The notes: generated by a model not told the origin, from the sequence alone. Shown: positions 19,033 to 29,376, counted from the stretch's first letter. The stretch is 64,000 bases of DNA from Dehalococcoidia bacterium (GCA_965197645.1 OZ240219.1:2176001-2240000); one strand, 5' to 3'. Translations and numbers: made by a program.

Positions 19033-20205
19033 TCAGTTCATGTGGTATTCCCGCAGCATGTTGGCGCCGAGGATCTTGGTCTGGTCCTCCTCCGAAAGCT
19101 CGCTGATGTTCTTCTTCAGCGAACCCAGCGGGTCGCCATGTCCCTCGGGGTGGGGGTAATCGGAGCCCCAGCCCAGCTTGTGGGCCCCTACCAACTGGGC
19201 CATGGAGGTGAAGGTGGGCTCGTCGGCCTCACCGGTTATCCAGCACTGACGCTCGAAGTACTCGCTCGGCATCATCTTCATCTTGGTGTTGGTGACGTAA
19301 CCGGTCTTGTAGAACTCCCGCCGGTCAATCTTCTCGTCCATCAGGTACAGCCAGTGGGCGATCCACCCACAGCCCGTCTCAACCACACCCAGGCTCAGAT
19401 TGGGGAATCGATCGAAGACCGCTCCCTGGAAGAAGCTGGTGAAGGCCAGCTGGCAGTCCCCGTTGAAGTAGACGTTGAAAAACCAGGGGTTGACCGTCCA
19501 GCTCGATGGGTAGAGCTCGTGGCCGACGTGCTTCGGAGTGCTGCTCACGTGTATCCCTATCGGCAGCCCGATCTCTTCGCACTCGGCCCAGAAGGGATCG
19601 TAGTACTCCTCGCCATAGGGGATGCCGTTGGTGGGGTTGGGGAACAGATATACGCCCTTTACGCCCCGCTCGGCGGCTCGGCGCACTTCCTTCACGGCCA
19701 GGTTAACATCCATCAGCGATATCGACGCCGTGGCGATGAGCCGGTCCGGATAGGGCTTGCAGAAATCTGTGATCCAGTCGTTGTAGACGCTGGTGTGGGC
19801 GGCCGCCAGCTCGGCGTCACCGCACTCGGATTGCCAGTTCAGTCCCAGCGAGGGGTAGAGGACAGAGACATCGATACCGTGCTCATCGTTCCATGCGACA
19901 CGGGCGTGGGGATCGGTGCCACCCGGAATCTGGCTGATCTCCCAGTCCAGGGTGCCGGGAACGAAGCCATCCTTCGTCCGTCGGGAGATCTCATCGTCCA
20001 ACCCGCCCAGGCCTCCGAGGAGCCCACCATTGAGACAGGCGGACTTCTTGCCGTCTATCTCCAGGTACTCCAGCTGGTCCTCGCCCCTGGAGATGCGCAT
20101 TGCCCTATCCCGGTACTTCGGATCCAGGTTGTCCAGCCACAGACGCCCCGGCTCCAGGATGTGGCCATCCGCGTCGACTATTTTGCTGCCATTGGTCCCC
20201 GCCAT
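19033..20205 (-). CDS. Amidohydrolase family protein (Amidohydro_2)
   Basis: DADGH, IH, ETGCGW and GSDYPH motifs; AAGGAG before ATG 20205. Confidence 0.9.
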   Translation of the reverse strand: MAGTNGSKIVDADGHILEPGRLWLDNLDPKYRDRAMRISRGEDQLEYLEIDGKKSACLNGGLLGGLGGLDDEISRRTKDGFVPGTLDWEISQIPGGTDPHARVAWNDEHGIDVSVLYPSLGLNWQSECGDAELAAAHTSVYNDWITDFCKPYPDRLIATASISLMDVNLAVKEVRRAAERGVKGVYLFPNPTNGIPYGEEYYDPFWAECEEIGLPIGIHVSSTPKHVGHELYPSSWTVNPWFFNVYFNGDCQLAFTSFFQGAVFDRFPNLSLGVVETGCGWIAHWLYLMDEKIDRREFYKTGYVTNTKMKMMPSEYFERQCWITGEADEPTFTSMAQLVGAHKLGWGSDYPHPEGHGDPLGSLKKNISELSEEDQTKILGANMLREYHMN

Positions 20206-20301
20206 AGTGCACTCCTTCCAAACTCGCAACACCCGAGTAGCAGTTGGTTGACTCGATTATAGTTAAAGGACTGGTGCAGGTCAAAACCTGGGCAACGGGC
20301 T

Positions 20302-20691
20302 CTAGCTGCTCGGGAACTCCACCCTGACCAGGGGAGCCCTGGAGAGCCAGTTGTCCAGGTCATCGCCATACCCAAGTCTTGCCGTGATCTCGCCCAGGAT
20401 GCGCCGGCGCTCGCCCTCCTCGAAAATCGGACTCGCCTTCGCCGGGATGTCGGCGGTGGCGTTGTGCTTCAGGTGAAAGGTGAACTCCGGGTTGGCGATC
20501 ATGTTGGCCAACCATCCCCGGGAGCCCGGCGTTCCGGTGATGTAGATTTCATCTTCCAGGTTGTGGAACCATATCTCCACCCTCCGCGGCGTTCCCGATC
20601 TTCTGCCCGTGGTGGTTATATCTATGGTGCGGTCCCATTCGGTGGCGTCTTTGGTCAGCGCCTCTTTGATGTCGTCCTGCATGTTAGTCAC
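20302..20691 (-). CDS. Deazaflavin (F420)-dependent nitroreductase-like / split-barrel protein
   Basis: TTTGRRSG.PR and WLANMIANP motifs. Confidence 0.8.
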   Translation of the reverse strand: MTNMQDDIKEALTKDATEWDRTIDITTTGRRSGTPRRVEIWFHNLEDEIYITGTPGSRGWLANMIANPEFTFHLKHNATADIPAKASPIFEEGERRRILGEITARLGYGDDLDNWLSRAPLVRVEFPSS

Positions 20692-20777
20692 TCCAGTGCC
20701 CTCATCCTAGCAGCGTGCTGATAAACACTGTCAATCATTACCCCACCCTCCTTCCTGACCTGGAAAAATAGAGAACA

Positions 20778-20920
20778 GAGCTTGTCTCAAAAGTACGGAC
20801 GTCTTAGTCCCAACCGCCCGCCCTCGGAAGGTTTTGTAGCTGGGGGAACATCCCCCAGGCCCCCTGCCAGAGGGAAGTTTCCCTCTGGACTCTCTCAAAG
20901 CAGGGTTCTGAGACAGGCTC
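20778..20920. mobile_element. MITE with terminal inverted repeats and 4-bp target duplication
   Basis: Ends GAGCTTGTCTCAAAA / TTCTGAGACAGGCTC; AACA on both sides (20774-20777 and 20921-20924). Confidence 0.75.
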
Positions 20921-20929
20921 AACAAAGAT

Positions 20930-21015
20930 AATTTCTGAGGGAGGCCCTTTCAGCGGGCTCAGGGCAGGCTCTCAGACTCCTGACAAAGGGGTGAAGCCCC
21001 TCTGCACACCCCAGA
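20930..21015. repeat. Repeat module B (TCTGAGGGA...GCGGGCTCAGGGCAGGCTCTCAGACTCC...GCCCCTCTGCACACCCCA)
   Basis: Closely similar to 55335..55437 and, inverted, to about 30688..30750 and 30330..30378. Confidence 0.8.
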
Positions 21016-21031
21016 TTTTATCGGCGTGATG

Positions 21032-21451
21032 TTACCAACGCTGGCCGTAAGCGTGGTCCGGTTTTATCAGGACTATCGCTCTGCGGTCCTCTTTCATAAC
21101 CCGGTCGTACTCCTCCCAGTCCGGGTGCTCCCCTCCGCCGCACGCTCGGTACGCATCCCTGAGCTCCAGTCGAAGCTTCTCGTGGTCCGTGTTGTCCCAA
21201 TCGGTAACCTCCACCCTGCCTTCTATCACGGCCCACTCGCCCCAGTTCCCGCTCACGACTATCACCGTGCAGCGGGGGTCTCTCGCCAGGTTCTTGAGCT
21301 TGGCCGAGCTGCCAATCAGGACTGTCACCACTCCCTCTTTGTAGGCGCCCGCATTGACCACGCTCGTCTGGGCGGCCCCGTTTCTTCGAAACGTGGTTAT
21401 CACTGCATTGTTGTGTTCCTCGAAAAAGGATCTCCAGTCCTCGAAACTCAT
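21032..21451 (-). CDS. PPOX-class F420-dependent oxidoreductase
   Basis: TFRRNG...S, K.KNLARDPR and EGR motifs. Confidence 0.85.
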   Translation of the reverse strand: MSFEDWRSFFEEHNNAVITTFRRNGAAQTSVVNAGAYKEGVVTVLIGSSAKLKNLARDPRCTVIVVSGNWGEWAVIEGRVEVTDWDNTDHEKLRLELRDAYRACGGGEHPDWEEYDRVMKEDRRAIVLIKPDHAYGQRW

Positions 21452-21577
21452 CTATTCCTCCTTTGAGTGAGACTAGCAGGGTGTTGATAAATTCTACTTG
21501 TCTCCCATTGCTCTCGTCCGGCTGCCCCTGGCAGTACAACTTGCCGGTTACCGTATCTTCTATTGTACTATGACGGT

Positions 21578-22651
21578 ATGAGACCAACGAGTCTGTTCCC
21601 AACCACAGTCGTCGGCTCGATGCCCCGGCCGTTGTACATCCAGGACCTGGTAAATGATAGAGTCGCCGGACGGTTGTCCTTCGCCGAGTTCCAGCGGCTG
21701 ATGGACCGGGCCATCCCCGTTGTTGTTCAGATGCAAGAGCAGGCCGGGATAGAGATTGTGTCCGACGGCGAGTGGAGGAGGGTCTCCTACTCCGATGTCA
21801 TCGCCGACATCTGCGACGGCTTTCAATACATGACCAAAGAGGTCCAGGGTGAGATACAGAGGGTCCCGGTGGTGGTGGGAGAGCTGAAACCTATCAGACC
21901 CGGACGGTTCGCCGAGGAGGCCCGGTTCCTCAAGACAGTGACCGATAGCAGGATTAAAATTGCTATGCCGTCGCCCTTCCTGCTGGGAGAGCGGCTGTGG
22001 GACCCGGACTACTCTTCCCATGCCTACCCCACGAGAAAGGACTTTACCGAGGCGCTGCTCCCCATTCTCCGGCAGGAGCTTGTACATCTTCGGGACGAAG
22101 ACACCGACATCGCCCAGTTCGACGACACCCAGTTCTGCCTCTTCGTCGATGCTGAGAACCGTGCCCGCTATGCCGACCCCGTCGCAGAGATGGACTACTG
22201 CGTCGATATGCTCAACCGCATCGTGGAGGGCATCAAGGGCATCACCCTCGCCGTACACCTGTGTCGCCGCTACAAAGGGAGATCCGGCTGGTTCGGGGAG
22301 GGCGGCTACGATGCCATACTCCCCGCATTGAGCAAGCTGGACGTGGACCTTCTTCTGATGGAGTTCGCCATGCCCATGTCAGGGGGCATGGATGTGCTCG
22401 AGAAACTGCCCGAGAGGATGAGTCTCGGCATCGGTTGCATCGATGTCCGCAACCCGGACACGGAGACCCCTGGCCAGGTAGTCGAAAGGATACAGTCGGC
22501 CCTTAGCTTCGTAGCCCCGGAAAGGGTGTACATGCAGCCCGATTGCGGTTTCGCTCCCGGCAGCGACATGGACATCTCTCTGGATGAGGCTTACGGCAAG
22601 CTGGCAAGCATGGGTGAGGCGGCGCGCATGCTTCGCCACAACCACGCTTAG
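21578..22651 (+). CDS. Cobalamin-independent methionine synthase II-like (MetE C-terminal domain) protein
   Basis: TTVVGSMPRP, SDGEWRR, HLC and PDCG Zn-ligand motifs. Confidence 0.88.
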   Translation: MRPTSLFPTTVVGSMPRPLYIQDLVNDRVAGRLSFAEFQRLMDRAIPVVVQMQEQAGIEIVSDGEWRRVSYSDVIADICDGFQYMTKEVQGEIQRVPVVVGELKPIRPGRFAEEARFLKTVTDSRIKIAMPSPFLLGERLWDPDYSSHAYPTRKDFTEALLPILRQELVHLRDEDTDIAQFDDTQFCLFVDAENRARYADPVAEMDYCVDMLNRIVEGIKGITLAVHLCRRYKGRSGWFGEGGYDAILPALSKLDVDLLLMEFAMPMSGGMDVLEKLPERMSLGIGCIDVRNPDTETPGQVVERIQSALSFVAPERVYMQPDCGFAPGSDMDISLDEAYGKLASMGEAARMLRHNHA

Positions 22652-22733
22652 CCTCGATTTGCCCCGGAAGTCCCGACCAAGTATCCTGTGCGGCGGATTG
22701 ATACCCTCAGAAAGATCAACCAGGAGGCGAACT

Positions 22734-23129
22734 ATGGAGACAAGAAACGTAATGCCGTGGACCTGGTCGGAAGCCGCCGGGTTTGTTCAGGCGAAAGAGA
22801 TATCTGGCGTGGAGAAGGTCCTTATCTGTTCCGGCCAGACCTCGGTGGATGCCGATGGCAACGCGATGCACGCGGGAGACATGGCCGCCCAGATCGCCCA
22901 GGCCCTGGACAACCTGAAGACGGTGCTGGACGATGCTGGGTTCAGTATGACGGACATCGTGCGGCTGAATTACTACGTCACCGATCTTGACCTGTTCCTG
23001 GAGTCGGAAGAAAAGGGTGCGAAACTCCTTGTCGACGAGGGAGTTCAACCAACCAGCACCTTGCTGGGTGTAACGGCCCTCTTCCTTCCAGAGCTGATGG
23101 TGGAGATCGAAGTCACCGCTATGAAGTAG
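22734..23129 (+). CDS. Rid (YjgF/UK114) family protein
   Basis: SGQ and ELMVEIE motifs; AGGAGG before ATG 22734; lacks the catalytic Arg. Confidence 0.88.
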   Translation: METRNVMPWTWSEAAGFVQAKEISGVEKVLICSGQTSVDADGNAMHAGDMAAQIAQALDNLKTVLDDAGFSMTDIVRLNYYVTDLDLFLESEEKGAKLLVDEGVQPTSTLLGVTALFLPELMVEIEVTAMK

Positions 23130-23159
23130 ACTCGACATAACGTACCTCAGGAGGCAGCT

Positions 23160-23678
23160 ATGGACGCCCGAGATCTGACCGAGAGCGCCTTGAACGAGCT
23201 GGACGGGGACCTGACGGACAGCCTGAACGGCCTTGCCACAACGGAACTTGCCTGGCAGCCCAGCAATGAGGCCAACTCCATACTGTTCAACTTCTGGCAT
23301 CTCATCCGAGCCGAAGATCTTTGGGTGAACGTTCTGGCTCAAGACAAGGCCAGCGTCTTCGAGAAGGCCGGCTGGGCCGAGAAGTGGGGCCTTCCAGTGG
23401 GAGATACGGGCTACGGCTATACCGCCGAGAAGCTTGCGTCCTTTCCCCAAATCCCCATCGATGAGCTCCGGGCGTACTACGCTGAGGTAAGAAGGGTAAG
23501 CCTTGCTTACCTCGGGACCCTCAACCCTTCGGACCTCGATCAGCCGCTTAGGGTGGAGCGTCCCGGGCGCGAGGGGCTCAATGTGGGGGGCATGTTCGCC
23601 CACGTCCTTTGCGAGTTGGGCCAGCACGTCGGCCACATCCGATACCTGCGAGGCCTGCAGCGGGGCATGAACAAATAG
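23160..23678 (+). CDS. DinB family protein
   Basis: NSI...WH...ED and QHVGH motifs. Confidence 0.85.
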   Translation: MDARDLTESALNELDGDLTDSLNGLATTELAWQPSNEANSILFNFWHLIRAEDLWVNVLAQDKASVFEKAGWAEKWGLPVGDTGYGYTAEKLASFPQIPIDELRAYYAEVRRVSLAYLGTLNPSDLDQPLRVERPGREGLNVGGMFAHVLCELGQHVGHIRYLRGLQRGMNK

Positions 23679-23754
23679 GGGGTGCGGTCCAGCATTACCG
23701 TTCCTCTCCCGTATGAATGCCGGGACTGGAGTTCGTCTCGAGAGGACTGACGTT

Positions 23755-24010
23755 CCCCTCAGGACTAACTCCCCCTCGCCCGCAACCACCACGACCGAAG
23801 GACTGAATCCATACCCTCGTCATCGCAAGGCCCGACAAAGTCGGGGCGTGGTAATCTACGGTCAGGCTTCCTTCCAAATGCACGGCACCTGGGTTGATGG
23901 AAAGGCGCCCCACCCCAAGTGGCTCTGCCCTCCCACCCGCCCTGGGACGTTATTATATCTGGGGGCACATCCCCCAGGCCCGCTGCCAGAGGGAAGCCCT
24001 CTGGACTCCC
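23755..24010. repeat. Composite intergenic repeat (modules C+A)
   Basis: Colinear similarity with 30444..30650 (TGAATCCATACC.TCGTCAT.GC.AG.CCCGAC...GTCGGGGCGTGG.AATCT, then GGGGG.ACATCCCCCAGGCCC.CTGCCAGAGG). Confidence 0.8.
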
Positions 24011-24115
24011 AGGATTGGATCCGCCGGCACCCCGCCCTTGGACTGAGAAACAACCCACCACGGGAGAAAGTGCGCCCCGGAGCCCTTACCGACCGGAGAA
24101 TTCCGTGGCGAAAGC

Positions 24116-25867
24116 TTAGGTCTGGGAGAGACGCCGCCTGAAATAGATGGTGATAACCAGCAGGACGGTTACCGCGAACAGGACCAGGGCGGAGACGGCG
24201 GACATCATCGGCGCGAACTCGGCTACTATGCCGTCCCACATGTTGACCGGAAGGGTCCGGAAGGTGGGGTCCCTCACCCAACTGGCTATGATCGCCTCGT
24301 TGAACGAGACCAGAAAAGCGAACAGTCCGGCCACTATCATTCCGGGATAGACCTGGGGCAGCAGGACCCTGACCCAGGTCTTCCAGCGGCTTGCTCCCAG
24401 ACTCATAGCCGCCTGTTCGTGGACGGCGTCAGCACTCCGTAGGGTTGCGTTCAGGATGATCACCACGAACGGTAGCGCCAGCAACGAGTGGGGGATCACC
24501 AGCCCTATCATCGTACCTATCAACCAATAAACGTTGTTGAAGTAGAAGAGCCACAGAGCCAGGCCGGTCATGGTAGTGGGTATTATCAGGGGGGTTAGTA
24601 CCAGGCCGCTGAGAATTCCCTTGCCGGGGAAGCTGCCCCGCACCAGGCCATAGGACACCAGGGCGCCCAGGGGCACCGCCACCACCACCACGATGGCGGC
24701 AACCTCCAGGCTCGTAATCGTAGCCTGTATCCAGTCCACGCCGCTCTCTCCGCTGGTGAAGTAGTTCTTGATCCACCTGAAGCTGAAATCTGTAGGCGGG
24801 AAATAGATGAACTGCTTATCGTTGAATCCCAGGGGTATGACAATGAGGCTGGGCAGTATCAGGTAGAAAGATATGAGGGATACCATGACGGAAAGGGTGA
24901 TGCGTCTCCGTCCATCCACGGCATCCCAGTTTGCTCGCATGTGCATCAGTGCGTCGCCGGCGCGATACATGGCGCCGAAACCTATGAACCGGGCGAAGAT
25001 GAGGTAGAGGAGCAGGATAACCCCCAGTAGTATCATCGCTCTTGCCGCGCCCACTGAGCTGCCGGAACCAATGAAGGAGGCCATGCCCCTATCGTTTACA
25101 GTGCCCAGCACCACCGGGGCCACCGTGTGTCCCGCGCTGAGGATGAGGACCAGCATCGCTCCGGCAAAGACACCCGGCATGCTCATGGGCAGGAACACCT
25201 TCCGGAAGGCCTGGAAGGGGCTGGCGCCGAGGCTCTGGGCCATTCTGGGCAGATTTGGCGGAATTCCCCTCATGACCGCGTACATCGGCAGGATCATGAA
25301 GGGCAGAAAGATGTGAACCATCCCCACGCTGACCGATGTCTGATTGAACAGCAGCTCCCACGGCTCGTCGGATATCTGTAGGGTCTGGATCGCATCGTTG
25401 ACCGGTCCTCGCCGTCCCAGGATCACCCGCCATGAGTAGGTCTGGGCAATCAAACTGGTAATGAAGGGAATGAGCACCGCCACCAGCACCACCCCTCGTG
25501 CCCTGCCCCAGCTTGTTGCCAGGAAGTAGGCCACAGGATAGCCGAGAAGGATGCAGGCGAGCGTGGTCGTAGCGCAGAGCTCGACGGTGGTCTGCCATAT
25601 CTTCCAGTAGTCAACTCCTCGGAAGTTGATGTCCAGCGCTTCTCTATAGGCCTCGAGTCCGAAATCGCCCCTGAAGTAGAAGCTGCTCTTCAGCGTGTCG
25701 AACATTGGGACGATGAAGAAGGCTATCAAGAGAGCCGCGGCAGGCAGCACCAGAAGGAGGTAGTATCCCTCCTGCTTGGCCCTGATTATCAACAACCTTC
25801 TCTGGCCCGGCTCCCTTGCGCCGGACAGGCTGGAGATGGCTCGTTGGGCTGTGGCAACGCCTAGCAT
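24116..25867 (-). CDS. Fused double ABC permease (PotB+PotC-like)
   Basis: Two EAA loops (AQSLGASPFQAFRKV and EQAAMSLGASRWK) and about 12 TM segments. Confidence 0.88.
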   Translation of the reverse strand: MLGVATAQRAISSLSGAREPGQRRLLIIRAKQEGYYLLLVLPAAALLIAFFIVPMFDTLKSSFYFRGDFGLEAYREALDINFRGVDYWKIWQTTVELCATTTLACILLGYPVAYFLATSWGRARGVVLVAVLIPFITSLIAQTYSWRVILGRRGPVNDAIQTLQISDEPWELLFNQTSVSVGMVHIFLPFMILPMYAVMRGIPPNLPRMAQSLGASPFQAFRKVFLPMSMPGVFAGAMLVLILSAGHTVAPVVLGTVNDRGMASFIGSGSSVGAARAMILLGVILLLYLIFARFIGFGAMYRAGDALMHMRANWDAVDGRRRITLSVMVSLISFYLILPSLIVIPLGFNDKQFIYFPPTDFSFRWIKNYFTSGESGVDWIQATITSLEVAAIVVVVAVPLGALVSYGLVRGSFPGKGILSGLVLTPLIIPTTMTGLALWLFYFNNVYWLIGTMIGLVIPHSLLALPFVVIILNATLRSADAVHEQAAMSLGASRWKTWVRVLLPQVYPGMIVAGLFAFLVSFNEAIIASWVRDPTFRTLPVNMWDGIVAEFAPMMSAVSALVLFAVTVLLVITIYFRRRLSQT

Positions 25868-26029
25868 GTGTCTAAACGTATAAGGTGGTCTTGCTCAGTA
25901 AAGCGGGCTTCGAGGGGAAAAAGTGAGGCACCGAAAAGCTATAGTATCATAGCATTGTGATTTTTGGTACTTTAGGCGTCCGGCCAGTTATAATTGACAC
26001 ATTAACTCAACACCAAAATGGAGTGCTGT

Positions 26030-26899
26030 ATGCCCGATGAACGGAGGCTGCGCCTTCTGGCGGTAACGGCCCACCCTGACGACGAGACCTTCGGATGTGG
26101 AGGTGTTCTGGCGAAGTACGCCGGCGAGGGAGTCACTGTCTCCGTGGTCTGCGCCACGCGCGGCGAAGCGGGACAGATCAGCGATCCTTCTCTGGCCACC
26201 CAAGAAAACCTGGGAGAGGTCAGGGAGAAGGAGCTACAGCGGGCCTGTCAGGCGCTGGGCGTTCGCAATCTAGAGGTACTGGGTTACAGGGACTCCGGCA
26301 TGGAGGGCACCGAGTCCAACCATGATCCCCGGTCTTTGCTCCAGGCCGAGCGGACCGGGTTGATCGGCAAGATTGTGGCGGCCGTTCGCAAAGAAAAGCC
26401 CCAAGTGGTCATCACCTTCGATCCCTCGGGCGGCTACGGGCATCCGGACCACATCACCATCCACGAGGCCACCTTGAAAGCCTTCTTCTTGGCGTCCGAC
26501 GCCGAGCAGTACGCGGCCCAGCTTACCAACGGTTTGAGTCCCTTCGCACCTCGGAAGCTCTACTACTTCGTGTTTGCTAGAAGTAGCGCCATCGCTTTTC
26601 GCCAGGCCTTGGAGGAGGCGGGCGCAGCCAACGATATCATCGAGAGGGAAGAGTCAATGGGCGTGCCGGACGAAGAGATATCCACGATGCTCGACGTCAG
26701 GCAGTACTCGGATATCCAGGAACGGGCCGCTCGAGCCCATCAGACCCAGATGAGAGAGGACGATGCCTTCGACTGGATGCCGGAAGAGGTCAAAGACCGC
26801 TTCCTGTCAACCGAGTATCTGGTCAGGGCCGTTCCACCCTTTGTCGCTGGTGACGACCCTGTTGAAACGGACCTGTTCGACGGGATATCCGGCCCGTAA
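26030..26899 (+). CDS. PIG-L/MshB-family deacetylase
   Basis: AHPDDE, TRGEAG, YRDSGM and YGHPDH motifs. Confidence 0.9.
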   Translation: MPDERRLRLLAVTAHPDDETFGCGGVLAKYAGEGVTVSVVCATRGEAGQISDPSLATQENLGEVREKELQRACQALGVRNLEVLGYRDSGMEGTESNHDPRSLLQAERTGLIGKIVAAVRKEKPQVVITFDPSGGYGHPDHITIHEATLKAFFLASDAEQYAAQLTNGLSPFAPRKLYYFVFARSSAIAFRQALEEAGAANDIIEREESMGVPDEEISTMLDVRQYSDIQERAARAHQTQMREDDAFDWMPEEVKDRFLSTEYLVRAVPPFVAGDDPVETDLFDGISGP

Positions 26900-27010
26900 A
26901 AGCCCTCAGTTAAGCGCCCCAAATTCCCGAAAAATTGGCCGTATAGACATTGACACTCCGTGCCTGTAAACAGGTATCATGAATGCAAAGTTCCATTACG
27001 GAGGTAGTAG

Positions 27011-27154
27011 ATGCAGGGTTACTGCGTGAAGTGCAGAGCTTCTAAAGAGATTAGCGGTGCAAAACAGATCACGATGAAAAATGGTCGTCCGGCCACCCAG
27101 GGCACCTGCCCGGATTGTGGCACCAAGATGTTCCGTATCGGCAAGGCGGCGTAA
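27011..27154 (+). CDS. DUF5679 zinc-ribbon mini-protein (47 aa)
   Basis: Manual translation MQGYCVKCRASKEISGAKQITMKNGRPATQGTCPDCGTKMFRIGKAA; GGAGG upstream; below the ORF-track size cutoff. Confidence 0.88.
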   Translation: MQGYCVKCRASKEISGAKQITMKNGRPATQGTCPDCGTKMFRIGKAA

Positions 27155-27295
27155 GCAAAACCTGTCCACAAACAACCCGGTAATAACAACGGAGCCGGCT
27201 CTCCATTTCAAGGGAGAGGCCGATACTCAGTTCAAGGCTCTGGTAAAGTGGAATAGACGGCTCTGTTTTTCGGAGATAGTCTCCACGGCAGTCAA

Positions 27296-27336
27296 AATCA
27301 CCCTCGAAACAGTCTGTTCGGGGGTGATTCTCTTTT
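27296..27336 (+). terminator. Intrinsic terminator
   Basis: AATCACCCTCGAA/TTCGGGGGTGATT stem followed by CTCTTTT. Confidence 0.7.
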
Positions 27337-27434
27337 CATGCCGGCGGATTAGCACTGCGGCGGACCTGCCTCAGAAACTCGTTTGAGGGAGTACGGAGGT
27401 CGTGTAACAGGGCCGGGACCAGAGTCACGTATAA

Positions 27435-27809
27435 GTGGATAGACAACGGTTCGAAGTGCTGGTGTCCAAGGCATTTGCGGGCCTGGATGAGGAGTTCCGG
27501 TCCAGGCTGGACAACGTCGTCATAGGCGTACAGGACTGGCCTACCCAGGACCAGCTGGAAACCGTAGATCTTCGGGATCGTTGGGACCTACTCGGGCTGT
27601 ACGAGGGCATTCCGCTCACCGACCGGGGCGTCAGCTACAACCTGGTCCTTCCGGATCGCATTACAATATTTCAGAGGCCGGTCGAAGCGGTATGCGCCAG
27701 CGACGAGGAGATAGAGGAAGAGGTGAGGTCCGTCCTCCGTCACGAGATCGCCCATCATTTCGGCATCGATGACGACCGGCTGGACGAGCTGGAGGCAGCA
27801 GACTACTGA
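27435..27809 (+). CDS. Zincin-like metallopeptidase (DUF1025 family)
   Basis: LLGLYEGIPL, PDRITIF and HEIAHHFG motifs. Confidence 0.9.
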   Translation: MDRQRFEVLVSKAFAGLDEEFRSRLDNVVIGVQDWPTQDQLETVDLRDRWDLLGLYEGIPLTDRGVSYNLVLPDRITIFQRPVEAVCASDEEIEEEVRSVLRHEIAHHFGIDDDRLDELEAADY

Positions 27810-27827
27810 TCCTGGAGGAACCCCTGG

Positions 27828-29267
27828 ATGTCAAATCAAAATGAGATCGCCTTCATGGACGCCACTGCTCAGGCGGAGCTGGTGCGTCGAAAAGAGATCA
27901 AGCCCATCGAGCTGGTTGACAACGCCATCGAGCGGATCGAACGGCTCAACCCGACACTCAACGCTGTGGTCACCCCGATGTACGATGAGGCGCGGGCCAT
28001 CGCCACCGGCCAGTTGCCGCACGGCCCCTTCACCGGCGTTCCCTTCCTGCTAAAGGACCTGGGGGCCTTCTGCGCCGATGTACAGCTGACCATGGGATCG
28101 GCCTTCATGAAGGACTTCGTTCCCGACCATGACACAGAGCTGGTAAAGCGCTACAGGCGGTCCGGCCTGATCATCCTCGGTAAGACCAACACCCCGGAGT
28201 ATGGCCTTTACGGTACCACCGAACCCCATCTTTTCGGCCCCAGCCGCAATCCCTGGAACACTGACCGGAGCACCAGTGGCTCCAGCGGAGGTACTGCAGC
28301 GGCGGTGGCTTCGGGAATGGTGCCTATGGCCCACGGCAACGATGGCGGCGGCTCCATCCGCGGACCAGCCTCCTTTTGCGGACTCTACGGGCTCAAACCC
28401 ACCCGTGCCAGAAATCCCTTTGGCCCGGACTTCGGCGACCTGGTCGGGGGCCTTCCCAGTGAGCACGTCCTGACTCGGTCGGTGCGGGACAGCGCTGCTG
28501 CCTTGGACGCCACCTCCGGGCCCGATGTCGGGGACCCCTACTGGGCTCCACCACCGGAGGGGCTCTTCCTGGACGAGCTCGGGAAAGATCCAGGAAGACT
28601 GCGTGTGGCCTTGACCGCCCAGGTACCCGGTGGAACGCCGGTACACGACGACTGCGTCGCCGCTGCCAGGGAAGCCGCCGAGCTGTGTCAGCGGCTGGGA
28701 CATGAGGTGGAAGAGGCGATTCCAACCATCACAGAGCCCGCCGATCGGATCAAAGAGGCATACGATCTGCTGTGGCCTGTCTTCGCATCATGGATGATAA
28801 ACAGTGCCGCCAGGGCCAGCGGCAGAACACCCACAGAGGACCAGTTCGAACCGACGACCTGGGAGCTGTATCGCCGGGGCGAGGAGGTCAATGCGGCCCA
28901 GTTTCTGATGGCCAACGAGACCTTCCAGCGGCTGGCCAGGGACATCGCCCGGTTCCACCTGGACTACGATGTGTGGCTCACGCCCGCCGATGCAAATCCG
29001 CCTTTCCTTATCGACTCTCCCCAGCCGTCGGCGGACGATACGCCGGGGGACACCGCGCTCGCTGTCGCTCTGTCCACTTTCACCCAGCTCCACAACATAA
29101 CCGGACAGCCGGCCGCCTCTATCCCGCTCCACTGGAACGCCGAGGGTATCCCAATCGGGGTACAGGTCGCCACGCCCTTCGGGGACGAAGCCACCATGTT
29201 CCGTTTGTCGGCCCAGATGGAGGAGGCGCTGCCGTGGGCTCATCGGCGTCCGCCGGTTTCGGCTTAG
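27828..29267 (+). CDS. Amidase (amidase signature family)
   Basis: LLKDL, GSSGG and GNDGGGSIR motifs. Confidence 0.92.
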   Translation: MSNQNEIAFMDATAQAELVRRKEIKPIELVDNAIERIERLNPTLNAVVTPMYDEARAIATGQLPHGPFTGVPFLLKDLGAFCADVQLTMGSAFMKDFVPDHDTELVKRYRRSGLIILGKTNTPEYGLYGTTEPHLFGPSRNPWNTDRSTSGSSGGTAAAVASGMVPMAHGNDGGGSIRGPASFCGLYGLKPTRARNPFGPDFGDLVGGLPSEHVLTRSVRDSAAALDATSGPDVGDPYWAPPPEGLFLDELGKDPGRLRVALTAQVPGGTPVHDDCVAAAREAAELCQRLGHEVEEAIPTITEPADRIKEAYDLLWPVFASWMINSAARASGRTPTEDQFEPTTWELYRRGEEVNAAQFLMANETFQRLARDIARFHLDYDVWLTPADANPPFLIDSPQPSADDTPGDTALAVALSTFTQLHNITGQPAASIPLHWNAEGIPIGVQVATPFGDEATMFRLSAQMEEALPWAHRRPPVSA

Positions 29268-29376
29268 CCATGCGGCGCCTACCTCCGCCTTGTCACCAGC
29301 GCCGGCCGTTTCCTCGTTGCTGTTGACGCGCACGGAATAATATGAGCAGGACCTTAATAACCGAGGAGGAGCTAGA

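Noticed and set aside
26030-26899. Calling the PIG-L protein mshB
   Set aside because: Family motifs are shared by many deacetylases, and no other mycothiol genes are in the window.
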